Of a DNA stretch of 54,473 nucleotides, positions 38,575 to 47,588 are shown piece by piece. The stretch lies in NCBI GenBank assembly GCA_039588295.1, contig JBDHAB010000017.1:1-54473 (forward strand). The letters are read 5' to 3'. The translations under genes and the position numbers were made by a program. Origin of the DNA: Gemmatimonadota bacterium (GTDB lineage: Bacteria; Gemmatimonadota; Gemmatimonadetes; Gemmatimonadales; GWC2-71-9). Under the pieces are notes generated by a model, which searched no databases, was not told the DNA's origin, and saw nothing but the letters and a program-made list of their open reading frames with translations. Numbering within the stretch: position 1 is the first letter of the stretch; each line of letters begins with the position of its first letter.

Positions 38575-39774
38575 TCACACCTTTATGAAGATCTTCTTCC
38601 GGTACAATATGGAGGCAGGAATGTATATGATGAGCGTGTAGATGATTGCATACACCAAGGAGGCCAGTTTCGGAGCTATCCCAACACTGGTCACACCATC
38701 CATCCACAGTCCATTCAGCGATTCTCCCCCGAAAATGGCAGAGTAGAATACAAGGGTAAGCATTCCGGCCAGCACATATGACGTGATGGCGTTTGCTCCA
38801 TACACTCTGCCGATTTTGGTCCCTCTCGTATACCCCAGTATGTCCACCACCAGGATAGCGGCTGCGAGACCCATCGTGCACACGCCCGCAGTCCACAGGG
38901 TGTACGAACTCGACCACAGGTTCTTATTCAATGGCATGAACCATCCCCAGGCTCCACCGAGGAGATACATGGAGAAGCCGATGAAGAAGACCCATGTCAG
39001 TTTCCTATAGGTTTCTTCTATTGAAAGAATCAGTTTGCCGATGAGCATCCCAATCATTCCGGTGACTATGGCCGGGAACGTACTCATCAATCCTTCAGGG
39101 TCCCATGTCTCTTGCCAGAAACGGCCCGGAACAACCAAGCGATCGAGCCAGGCCGTGATGTTTACACCGGGCTCATAATTCGCCGCTATGAAGCCGTTTG
39201 ACACTTCGGTAATCTGACCGATGTCCAGCAATCCTTCGCTATACTGCACCTGGCCCGTGACCAACGCATTGCGAATGACATCATCAATGGGAACCGGCAC
39301 AAAAGCCATCAACAGCCAGTAGGCGATCAGGATGACCGATGCGATCCAAACCTGCTGCTTCCAGTTCGTGTTCAAGAAGATCAGGGCACAAACGAGAAAG
39401 ACGATCGAGATCCGCGGCAATACCCCCACGAACCGCATGCCTTCGAAACTGAACGTCGGCCATAGCCAGAGAAACCATCCGAGCAGCATGATCTTGACGG
39501 CTCTGGAGACGATCTTTCCATAGAGGTCCTTCTTCTCGGCGCCAGCATCCAATCGCTTTGTATATGCCAGAGTGATTGAGACTCCTACAATGAAGAGAAA
39601 GAAGGGAAAGACCAAATCCGTCAGTGTGATACCATGCCACTCCGCATGCAACAGCGGCGGATACACATGGCTCCAGGAGCCGGGGTCGTTGACAATTACC
39701 ATCAAGACAATGGTGTAGCCCCGAAGCGCATCGAGCGAAATCAGTCGCTTGGCAGGGTCCAACGATGTGCTCAT
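38575..39774 (-). CDS. HGSNAT/NagX-like membrane acyltransferase family protein
   Basis: RLISLDALRG, VNDPGSW, HAEWHG.TLTDLVFPFFLFIVG, GVLPRI, DPEG and NKNLWSSSY motifs. Confidence 0.93.
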   Translation of the reverse strand: MSTSLDPAKRLISLDALRGYTIVLMVIVNDPGSWSHVYPPLLHAEWHGITLTDLVFPFFLFIVGVSITLAYTKRLDAGAEKKDLYGKIVSRAVKIMLLGWFLWLWPTFSFEGMRFVGVLPRISIVFLVCALIFLNTNWKQQVWIASVILIAYWLLMAFVPVPIDDVIRNALVTGQVQYSEGLLDIGQITEVSNGFIAANYEPGVNITAWLDRLVVPGRFWQETWDPEGLMSTFPAIVTGMIGMLIGKLILSIEETYRKLTWVFFIGFSMYLLGGAWGWFMPLNKNLWSSSYTLWTAGVCTMGLAAAILVVDILGYTRGTKIGRVYGANAITSYVLAGMLTLVFYSAIFGGESLNGLWMDGVTSVGIAPKLASLVYAIIYTLIIYIPASILYRKKIFIKV

Positions 39775-39789
39775 ATGATCGTTTTGCTC

Positions 39790-42345
39790 TTATTGAAGAT
39801 TGACTACGGTCGGCAAACTGGCTCTGCCGCGGGAATCAAACGTACTCAGCTTGATCATGCCAGCAACAACTTCCAAGGGTTCAGCATAGAGTGGCGAATC
39901 GGCTGTGGGATCAGACCCGTCGGTGGTATACCTGACCACCGGACCGGGATACGCTGTATTCACGACTAAGCGGCCGTTCTCCACTCTTGCTCCGGGAGGG
40001 GCGAGTCTGTAGTTGTAGCCACCGTTCAACTGGTCCAATCGCGGAAGTTCTCTTTTGCCGACGGTGTTGGCAAAGACGTTCCATGCGGAGTCTACTGCTT
40101 CGTTTCGTTCCTCTCTATCTACGATGTTTCCCCAGTCCGCCTGCCCATACCATGCTCTTTCCGCCAGGCCAAACATTTTCGGCAGATAGTAATACTCCAG
40201 CATATCTTGCCCCTTCAAGGTCTCCGACCACAGTTGCGCCTGGATCCCCATGAGATTTCTTCTACCCTCGGCAGTGAGCACCTCCTGCCCAGTGAAATCA
40301 TCATCAGTATAGAGCTCGCCCTCCGGGGTCGTCTTGATGGACTTGAACACGTCATACGGCACGAATTCAAATGCATCCCGGGTATTGACGAAACCGCCCC
40401 AGTACAGCCCGGGCTCCCTGGGATCTTTGTTGTAAGCCAAATCGAAGTAGAAGTTGGTCACGTTACAGAGGACCACGGGGTATCCGGCATTCGCAAGTCG
40501 GTTGCCAAGATCCTCGGCCCCTGAAAGGCTATTCCAGATATACGGTATGACGTTCGAGTTTGCGAATTCATCGTTCGGGGTCCACGAGCCATCCTCTCTG
40601 AAATTCATCGCTACTTCTTCCCAGCCACCCGCTCGTAGCCCCTTTGAGTCGAGATACGCATCGATCCGCTTGAAGTATGCCTTTTGCAGATTTCTGGGAT
40701 TGCCGACTTCTGGATGCTCCTCGAGATACTCGGCGCACATGGGAGAGTTGGACCAGGCACCTCTCGGCACTTCATCTCCTCCAGTATGAAACGTCGTGAG
40801 CGGTACGCCGGCTTCATCATGCATATCGATGAAATCATCGATGACGGTCGTCAGGAACGTATACGCCGACTCCCTGCACACACAGATGACATTATCCGTG
40901 TACCACTGGGCCGAACGATAGACAGACGCATCGTCGGGATCGACGAGTCTGTACTGTTCTGCTTCGGCTCTCTTTCCCTCCTCCATCAACCGTCGATATC
41001 GATACTCCATGGCCTTGATGGCCGCTCGGGAGTGTCCCGGAACGTTCACCTCAGGAATGATTTCGATATGTCTCTCCCCCGCATACCGAATGAGATCGAT
41101 ATACTCCTCACGGCTGTAGAAGCCGCTGCCGTATCCAGCACGACGATCCGGGAACGGTCCGGACCCATACGAGGGCTGAAGATGCTCCGAGTCGTCGGTG
41201 GTATGGCCCCGAAACCCTCCGACCTGAGTCAACTCCGGTAACTCGGCGATTTCGATTCGCCACCCTTCGTCTTCGGTCACGTTCAGATGCAGCGTGTTCA
41301 ATTTGTAGAACGCCATAGCGTCCAGCAGTCGCTTGACAGTGGTGACGGAATGGAAATTTCGACCCACGTCCAAATGCATGCCCCGGTAGCCGAATGCAGG
41401 AGCATCCACGATTCGTACTGCTCTCACCCGTATTGACTCATTCTTCTGGCCGAGCTGGTCGATCGGAATCAGGGCCTGAAGGCTTTGCGATCCGTAGAAC
41501 ACCCCGCTCCTGTCGCCTGAAATGATCACGCCGTCGTTTGCGGAGATTCGTAAGTCGTACGAGCCTGGAACGTCGACGTCTCTGTTTTGCAGATGAATGT
41601 GATTCCTCGCTGCGGAGCTGGATTCAGCTATCGCGACGGGGCTGGGCAGGATTTCACCGAGAAAGGCGGCAAGCAGCGTTGCTTCAGATTGCAGGCCGGA
41701 CTCAAAACTCACCGACGTACTGGAAGTGATCTCGAAATATCCGTCCTCCAGTGTCACCGACCGCGGTCTGGGAACCATCAGCGGTAATTGATCGTCAGGT
41801 AGCTCAGCGATCATTGAGTGATTGTCAAACAACCACTCTGCTGTCGGTATCGGCTCCTCGTCTCCCTCGCCGCGATTGATCTGATTTGGGCTGTCGAAAG
41901 AAGCTATGGAATAATCACGAACTGGGTACAGCTCATACGATCCATCCTCCTCATACAACACGGAGTACAGACCCAAGGGAGCATCGGACTCCTTGATCAT
42001 GGCGTAGGTACCGTTGTACGCCACCTCCATTTGTGCGCCAGGCGGGAGCCTGAAATCGTCCTTTGGCTTCATCACGTAGAAGTCACCATTGATCCATTCA
42101 ATGGTGACCGGCGCGGTGATGCTTCCCGGTTTGACGGTCCGGGGTGCCATGTTCCAATACATCTCCCAGTTGGTCGATGTGAGGTCGATGTCGCTGTTGT
42201 TGCGGATGGTGAATTGCGCTCGATGGCCACCGCCCGCAGCGAGATTCGTTTCGAGATTCCAGGTCACGGCGAGGTCCAGCGTGTCGGGAGCGGCGCACCC
42301 GAGGAAGAGCGGGATGGTGAGGAGAACCGTCATGGGTCGTATCAT
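39790..42345 (-). CDS. GH20 beta-N-acetylhexosaminidase (chitobiase type), lipoprotein
   Basis: YRGMHLDVGRNF, DEGWRIEI, PEVNVPGHS, catalytic HTGGDE, YFD, LWSET; C-terminal YTTDGSDP; lipobox FLGC. Confidence 0.95.
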   Translation of the reverse strand: MIRPMTVLLTIPLFLGCAAPDTLDLAVTWNLETNLAAGGGHRAQFTIRNNSDIDLTSTNWEMYWNMAPRTVKPGSITAPVTIEWINGDFYVMKPKDDFRLPPGAQMEVAYNGTYAMIKESDAPLGLYSVLYEEDGSYELYPVRDYSIASFDSPNQINRGEGDEEPIPTAEWLFDNHSMIAELPDDQLPLMVPRPRSVTLEDGYFEITSSTSVSFESGLQSEATLLAAFLGEILPSPVAIAESSSAARNHIHLQNRDVDVPGSYDLRISANDGVIISGDRSGVFYGSQSLQALIPIDQLGQKNESIRVRAVRIVDAPAFGYRGMHLDVGRNFHSVTTVKRLLDAMAFYKLNTLHLNVTEDEGWRIEIAELPELTQVGGFRGHTTDDSEHLQPSYGSGPFPDRRAGYGSGFYSREEYIDLIRYAGERHIEIIPEVNVPGHSRAAIKAMEYRYRRLMEEGKRAEAEQYRLVDPDDASVYRSAQWYTDNVICVCRESAYTFLTTVIDDFIDMHDEAGVPLTTFHTGGDEVPRGAWSNSPMCAEYLEEHPEVGNPRNLQKAYFKRIDAYLDSKGLRAGGWEEVAMNFREDGSWTPNDEFANSNVIPYIWNSLSGAEDLGNRLANAGYPVVLCNVTNFYFDLAYNKDPREPGLYWGGFVNTRDAFEFVPYDVFKSIKTTPEGELYTDDDFTGQEVLTAEGRRNLMGIQAQLWSETLKGQDMLEYYYLPKMFGLAERAWYGQADWGNIVDREERNEAVDSAWNVFANTVGKRELPRLDQLNGGYNYRLAPPGARVENGRLVVNTAYPGPVVRYTTDGSDPTADSPLYAEPLEVVAGMIKLSTFDSRGRASLPTVVNLQ

Positions 42346-42360
42346 GGCTATGGGTCCTTG

Positions 42361-42722
42361 TTACAGTGTCGTAAACAGTTGCTTCCACGGCGTGGTGTAC
42401 TCGTCCCACTTGACCAGATTGACCCCCCAATGAGGGGAGGCGCTCGTCGTGCACGCCGAGGCCTTGCCTTTGCCGAACTGATGAGCTGCGAGCAGCGGGA
42501 ACCACGTGTGGCGTGACTCAATCTCGAGAATGGTCTCGGCGCCGTTTCGCAGTGTCGTCTGGCTGAACCCCAGAATCGGTGGGATCTGCGCGAGATCGAT
42601 TCCTTCGAGCACAGAGTGGTTCTCCACAGCTCGGACGGATACCCGGCAGTGGACTCGATCAGATCGTCCCCTTCTTTGCAGACGACCGGCAACACTTCAT
42701 GAAAGCTGTTTCATGCCATACA
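42361..42722 (-). pseudogene. Frameshifted C-terminal remnant of a DUF1355/class I glutamine amidotransferase-like gene
   Basis: EVLPVVCKEGDDLIESTAGY lies in one frame and PLLAAHQFGKGK...SPHWG...W..Y..W.QL in another; the N-terminal half is absent. Confidence 0.6.
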
Positions 42723-42940
42723 TCATCCGGTCCCGGAGTGCTGAGGTGGTCGACAGGTGAGGAATGCTCACAAACTATTCACTTGGGCGCAAGCCGAAAG
42801 GCACCACCGTTGCGGTTCTCGAGAGCGGCTTTGGTCCGCTGCATGGCCGATGACTGCCGGACCACCAGTTGGACTCGGGGCGAGCGGTGGTAACCGAGAT
42901 GGGCTATATTACAGTGGGTTACTCGGTATCGGAGGTTCCG

Positions 42941-43417
42941 ATGCTCAACGCGTCCCCGAAGTTGTCGGGCCGGATCGTTTTCGCCCTACTTACTGTCATT
43001 GGTTTCAGCGTCGTGTCGGCATGTGCCCGCACGACGACCACGAGCGAGGCCCAGCCCGAGGTCGCCCCTCAGGAGAAGCCGACAGCCTCCGAACTCACGT
43101 CGGGGGAGATCGAGAAACAGCCCCACGAGTCCGTCGCCCACTTGCTCCAGGGCCGCATGGCTGGCGTGTCAGTAGTGGAGTATCCGAACGGCACCATCTC
43201 CGTTCGCATCCGAGGTCCGTCGTCGTTCTACGGCAACACCGAGCCACTGTATATCGTCGACGGTGTGCCGTTCCGGCCGGGCCCGGGTGGGGCGCTCACC
43301 GGCCTCAATCCGTACGACATCGAGTCTATCGAGGTGCTGAAACGCCCGCCCGAGACGTCGCTATACGGAGTGCGGGGCGCCAACGGCGTGATCCTCATTA
43401 CGACCAGGCGACCATAG
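42941..43417 (+). CDS. Stand-alone TonB-dependent receptor plug-domain lipoprotein (no barrel)
   Basis: GGAGG RBS; lipobox VSAC; VRIRG.SSF...EPLYIVDG...LNP.DIESIEVLK...YG.RGANGVILITT; stop immediately after the plug. Confidence 0.9.
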   Translation: MLNASPKLSGRIVFALLTVIGFSVVSACARTTTTSEAQPEVAPQEKPTASELTSGEIEKQPHESVAHLLQGRMAGVSVVEYPNGTISVRIRGPSSFYGNTEPLYIVDGVPFRPGPGGALTGLNPYDIESIEVLKRPPETSLYGVRGANGVILITTRRP

Positions 43418-43433
43418 GGCTAGATCGCACCGA

Positions 43434-43523
43434 GTAGGGCGGTAGGATAGTAGGACGGTAGGATGGTAAGTAGGATGGTAAACGGTAGGACACTGACATA
43501 CCATCTTACGGACCTACCGTCCT
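43434..43523. repeat. GGTAGGA(C/T) short tandem repeats with inverted copies (REP-like)
   Basis: About 7 degenerate GTAGGA/GGTA units at 43434-43490. AGGACGGTAGG (43452-43462) is the reverse complement of CCTACCGTCCT (43513-43523). Confidence 0.8.
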
Positions 43524-43710
43524 TTGCGTTGGAAATCACCCCATGAGGCCGTGCCGTGACGCACGCTGCGTCGTCCTCCGCAGCCAGTACATGGAGTGGG
43601 TGGGGGAGCCTGGCGTGTTCGCGGTTCGGATTGGCTGGAGCTCGGACGAGGGATTGGAGACTGGGTTTGTCGTGAGCGGGAACTAGCGGTTCGAGCCTTT
43701 CGGAGGATGC

Positions 43711-45033
43711 GTGCGCTGCCTGCGAGCAACAACGATGATGCTCCTGCTGCCCACTGCGGCGCTTGCGCAAGGCGCCCTGGCGCCGTCCGCGGCCAATTTG
43801 GCCGCCCGCGAGTGGTTTCAGGACGCCAAGTTCGGCATGTTCATCCACTGGGGCATCTCCGCGCTGCTGATGGACGGCGAGTGGGTCATGGAGAACCGTG
43901 GGATCGATGTCGCGGAGTATGAGCGGATTGCGGCGAACTTCGACGCCCGGAGCTTCGACGCGGATGCGTGGGTCGCGCTCGCCAAGAGCGCCGGTGCGCG
44001 CTACATCACCCTCATCACGAAACACCATGATGGGTTTGCCCTGTTCGATACGAGAGTCACCGACTGGGATGTCGTGGATCGAACGCCGTTCGGGGGCGAC
44101 GTCGTGCGGGAGATGGCAGAGGCGTGCCGACGCCAGGGGTTGCGGCTGTTCGTGTACTACTCGCAGCTGGACTGGCACCACCCCGACTATTTCCCCCGCG
44201 GCCGGACTGGCCATCGGACCGGTCGGCCCGATAGGGGGACCTGGGATCGCTACCTGGAGTTCATGGACGCGCAGCTGCGTGAGTTATTCGCCAACTACGG
44301 TCCGCTCGGCGGCGTTTGGCTGGACGGGATGTGGGATCGTCCCGACGCCGACTGGCACCTGGAGCGGACATATCAAATGATACGTGAGCTGCAGCCGGCG
44401 GCGCTGATCATTCCGAACCACCACCAGGATCCGCTACCGGGTGAGGACGTGCAGACCTTCGAGAAGGACCTGCCAGGGGGCAATACGGCTGGCTGGAACG
44501 TCGCGGCCGTGTCCGCCGATGTCCCGCTCGAGACATCCCAGACGATCAGTGACTCGTGGGGATTCCGCATCACCGATCGAAACTTCAAGTCAGTCGCGTC
44601 GTTGGTCCGGACGCTCGTTGAGGCTGCAGGGCGCAACGCCAACCTGCTGCTCAACGTGGGACCTATGCCCGACGGAGCGATCCACCCCCAGCATGCCGAG
44701 CGGTTACGCGGCGTCGGGTCGTGGCTCGAGCAGTATGGTGCCAGCATTTACGGCACGCGGGGTGGCCCGATTGCGCCGCGGCCGTGGGGTGTCACGACCC
44801 AGCGCGGTGACACGGTGTTCGTGCACGTGTTGGACTGGGCCGATCCCGAGTTGTCGCTCCCCCGCCTTCCTGGGAGCGTTCGGAACGCGCAACTCCTCTC
44901 CAGCGGCGCGCCAGTATCCGTGCGCGAAACGTCCGACGGAATCACGCTGCTTCTCCCGCCACGCGAGGCCGGAACCGTAGACCAGGTGATTCGGCTGGAA
45001 CTGGCGGAAGGCGGTAGGAGGGTCAGGCGGTAG
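43711..45033 (+). CDS. GH29 alpha-L-fucosidase
   Basis: WFQDAKFGMFIHWG, TKHHDGF, YYSQLDW, VWLDG (nucleophile), LLLNVGP and IYGTR motifs; signal peptide. Confidence 0.95.
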   Translation: MRCLRATTMMLLLPTAALAQGALAPSAANLAAREWFQDAKFGMFIHWGISALLMDGEWVMENRGIDVAEYERIAANFDARSFDADAWVALAKSAGARYITLITKHHDGFALFDTRVTDWDVVDRTPFGGDVVREMAEACRRQGLRLFVYYSQLDWHHPDYFPRGRTGHRTGRPDRGTWDRYLEFMDAQLRELFANYGPLGGVWLDGMWDRPDADWHLERTYQMIRELQPAALIIPNHHQDPLPGEDVQTFEKDLPGGNTAGWNVAAVSADVPLETSQTISDSWGFRITDRNFKSVASLVRTLVEAAGRNANLLLNVGPMPDGAIHPQHAERLRGVGSWLEQYGASIYGTRGGPIAPRPWGVTTQRGDTVFVHVLDWADPELSLPRLPGSVRNAQLLSSGAPVSVRETSDGITLLLPPREAGTVDQVIRLELAEGGRRVRR

Positions 45034-45101
45034 GAAGGTCGGCCGTCGGCCGACAGTTCTCAGTTCTCAGTTGTCAGCTCACTGAAAACTGAAGACTGAG
45101 A
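45010..45101. repeat. Composite repeat junction between convergent genes
   Basis: GGCGGTAGGA twice, palindrome GTCGGCCG-T-CGGCCGAC, then CAGTTCT-CAGTTCT-CAGTTGT facing ACTGAAA-ACTGAAG-ACTGAGA. Confidence 0.75.
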
Positions 45102-46349
45102 GCGGTTCATTATCTCCGCCAGCCACCCCTCGAAATCGTTGTGCTGCTGGAGGAATGAAGCGCTGAGCATCTGGGTGGCGACACCCAGCATCATGGTGGA
45201 GTAATCGATTCCCTGTATCTCCTGTGGAACCCAGGAAGGGTCCGACACGCTGTAGCGCCACAAGAGAGTCCCGCTCACACCGGTCATCGAGCGCACCGCT
45301 CGACTCGTCACGGCGATGTGTTGGCTGAGGTCGCTCATGCCGGTCGCATCGACCGGGATGAATCCCGCGACGATGTGTGGGGAAACGATCTGGTTCGGGT
45401 TGTCGTTGATGGCGTCGGCGTGATAGCCGACCGACGGTGCGCTCCCCGCTCCGAGGCCCCACTCGTGGTCCATGGCCGCTGCCGACTGCTGCCACCACGC
45501 ACGGTCCGCACGTTGGGCGTTCTGCAGGAAGTCGCGATACCGCTCACTCGTCGTGAACGGATGGCACAGGTAATACGCAAACTGAATGACGAAGCTCGAC
45601 AGGAACGCGCCCGGCCGGTCGGTGAGCACATCGTGTCCAGCGAAGTTGGAGGTCGGTAAACTATCCGCGCTCGCATAGAAGCGTTCCCAGAGTTCCGTGG
45701 CTGGGCCGTTACCCGTCTGATCCGCCAGTTTCGCCAACCACGCAACCAGCATGTATTCATTGAAGGGCAGCGTGACAGATCCCGGTCTTCCGGACCCATC
45801 TCCCAACATCTCGAGATAGATTGCCCCAGTCTCGGGATTCGCTATCGCCTGTGACCAGTCGATCGATTCCCAGAGCGCGAACACGAGCGAGTCGAGTTCG
45901 TGGTCTCCAGCAAGACAGGATGCCGCAAACAGCGCACCGCTCATGAGAATCGCGGTATCGATGGTCGAGTATTCACTGTCCCCCGCTCTACTACCGGTTT
46001 CCATGTCGACGAAGTGGTAGTAGAACCCTGCCGCGTTACGGGCGTGCCCAATTCCCAGCATGGTGCGCACCGTCGTTTTCGCGTCTTCTGTTGCGTTATC
46101 GCCAGTACCTATGCGGCTACCGATGCACAAGGAGATCAATCCCATACCTGTAGTGGCCACAGAGGCCGGCGCGTCATGGGTGCCATCAAAGCGCAGTCGG
46201 TCACGATACAGGCCCTTGTCGTTGCGAGATGCACGGTACAAGCTCACCGCGCTGGCAAGGAATTGGCTGTCGGCGGGTGGTTGCGGCGATAGCGGACCAT
46301 TGCAGGCACTCGTTCCAACGAGCGCCACGAGGCTCAGGGTCAGTCGCAT
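45060..46349 (-). CDS. GH144-like/glycoamylase-like (alpha/alpha)6 glycoside hydrolase lipoprotein
   Basis: DR...ASVATTGMGL, GFYYHFVDMETG.R, SEYSTIDTAIL..GAL, IDW and NEY motifs; lipobox TSAC. Confidence 0.78.
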   Translation of the reverse strand: MRLTLSLVALVGTSACNGPLSPQPPADSQFLASAVSLYRASRNDKGLYRDRLRFDGTHDAPASVATTGMGLISLCIGSRIGTGDNATEDAKTTVRTMLGIGHARNAAGFYYHFVDMETGSRAGDSEYSTIDTAILMSGALFAASCLAGDHELDSLVFALWESIDWSQAIANPETGAIYLEMLGDGSGRPGSVTLPFNEYMLVAWLAKLADQTGNGPATELWERFYASADSLPTSNFAGHDVLTDRPGAFLSSFVIQFAYYLCHPFTTSERYRDFLQNAQRADRAWWQQSAAAMDHEWGLGAGSAPSVGYHADAINDNPNQIVSPHIVAGFIPVDATGMSDLSQHIAVTSRAVRSMTGVSGTLLWRYSVSDPSWVPQEIQGIDYSTMMLGVATQMLSASFLQQHNDFEGWLAEIMNRSQSSVFSELTTEN

Positions 46350-47308
46350 GGAATGGCTGCCGCCGCTATTCGGTCGAGGACGCAAGCGTTCAGTAGTCCC
46401 TCGTTCGACTTCAGCAGTGGTGATGTGCCGCTTAAGATCGCCTTGCAGAGGTCTTCGATCTCCATCCGGAATGTGCTCACCGGCTCAAATTCTGTGACCT
46501 GCTCCATCTCCCCAACGTGGACTGTGAGGCGCGGCCGACGCTTCCATGTGATGAACGGCTCACTGAGCTTGAGCACGCCCTCGGTTCCGATGAGCACCGC
46601 TCCCTGATAGAGGCCGCTCTCGAATCCGCAGGATAGGGCCGCATGCTTCCCGGACTCGTATTCCAGGACGGCATGGACGCTCGTGTCGACCCCGTGCACG
46701 CCGTCGATGTGTGCCCACGCATGGACGTCTCGAGGGGAATCTCCCAGGAACAGCCTGGCGAAGTTCACGCAATAGCCACCAACATCGAGGAGGGCACCGC
46801 CACCCCATTCCCGATGCCAGCGAACGTCGTTCGCGTGCGTCAGGTGAACCCTGAATGACGCCTCCACCACCATCAACTCGCCGATGACGCGCTCCTGCAC
46901 CAACTCCTGTACTCTCTTGATCTGCGGGTGGTACCGATACATGAAGGCTTCCACGAGGAGGCGCTGTGTCGCGTCGGCAGTCGCTACCATCTCTTCGCAC
47001 TCTTCGGCCGTGCAACCAAGAGGCTTCTCACACAGCACGTGCTTTCCCTGCCTGAGGGCCTCGAGCACCAACTCCTTGTGCAGCCCGTTATGTGTGGCAA
47101 TGTAGACCGCGTCAACATCCGGATCTCGCAGGAGCATCGAGTAGGAGTCGTAGGCCCGTTGCGGACTGAGGGCCTCCGCTCGGTGTCTGTCCCTGCTGGC
47201 TGCCGCCAGGAGCACCGCGTGCTCCGTGCTCAGCAGTGCCGGTGCGAACTGCTCTCGGGTCACTCGGCCCACTCCGACGATGCCGAATCGTACGTGGCTT
47301 GAATTCAT
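46340..47308 (-). CDS. Gfo/Idh/MocA family oxidoreductase
   Basis: FGIVGVG, DVDAVYIAT, GKHVLCEKP, EAFMYRYHPQ and GGGALLDVGGY motifs. Confidence 0.94.
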   Translation of the reverse strand: MNSSHVRFGIVGVGRVTREQFAPALLSTEHAVLLAAASRDRHRAEALSPQRAYDSYSMLLRDPDVDAVYIATHNGLHKELVLEALRQGKHVLCEKPLGCTAEECEEMVATADATQRLLVEAFMYRYHPQIKRVQELVQERVIGELMVVEASFRVHLTHANDVRWHREWGGGALLDVGGYCVNFARLFLGDSPRDVHAWAHIDGVHGVDTSVHAVLEYESGKHAALSCGFESGLYQGAVLIGTEGVLKLSEPFITWKRRPRLTVHVGEMEQVTEFEPVSTFRMEIEDLCKAILSGTSPLLKSNEGLLNACVLDRIAAAAIPCD

Positions 47309-47588
47309 GAAGGCGGTCTCAGGTCGTGCGTGGTTACGCTTCGCCGGGGCTCCGAGTCATCTCGTTGCATCTCACGAGCCTGGCCATAAGCTGCGCGCGT
47401 GAGGACCCGCGGGCAAGCGGAACGTGAACGCTGCTCGTTCGAGGGTCTCGCAGCCCCGCTCGGATGCGCAGCCGCACTCGATCCACCGCCTGTGGGGCTT
47501 CCTGGACGGTCCACCTATTACGGGTACTTTTGTGAGGGGCGCGTGAAATTCCTAAACGGAGAAGACGCCCGTAGATGGTCTGACTCTT

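Noticed and set aside
42785..42845. GCC-GAAA-GGC hairpin as a c-di-GMP-I riboswitch
   Set aside because: Has a GNRA loop but lacks the GGCAAAC and GACGCAAAGC consensus and the P3 receptor.
43434..43523. Possible CRISPR array
   Set aside because: Units are 7-8 nt with no unique spacers, and there are no cas genes.
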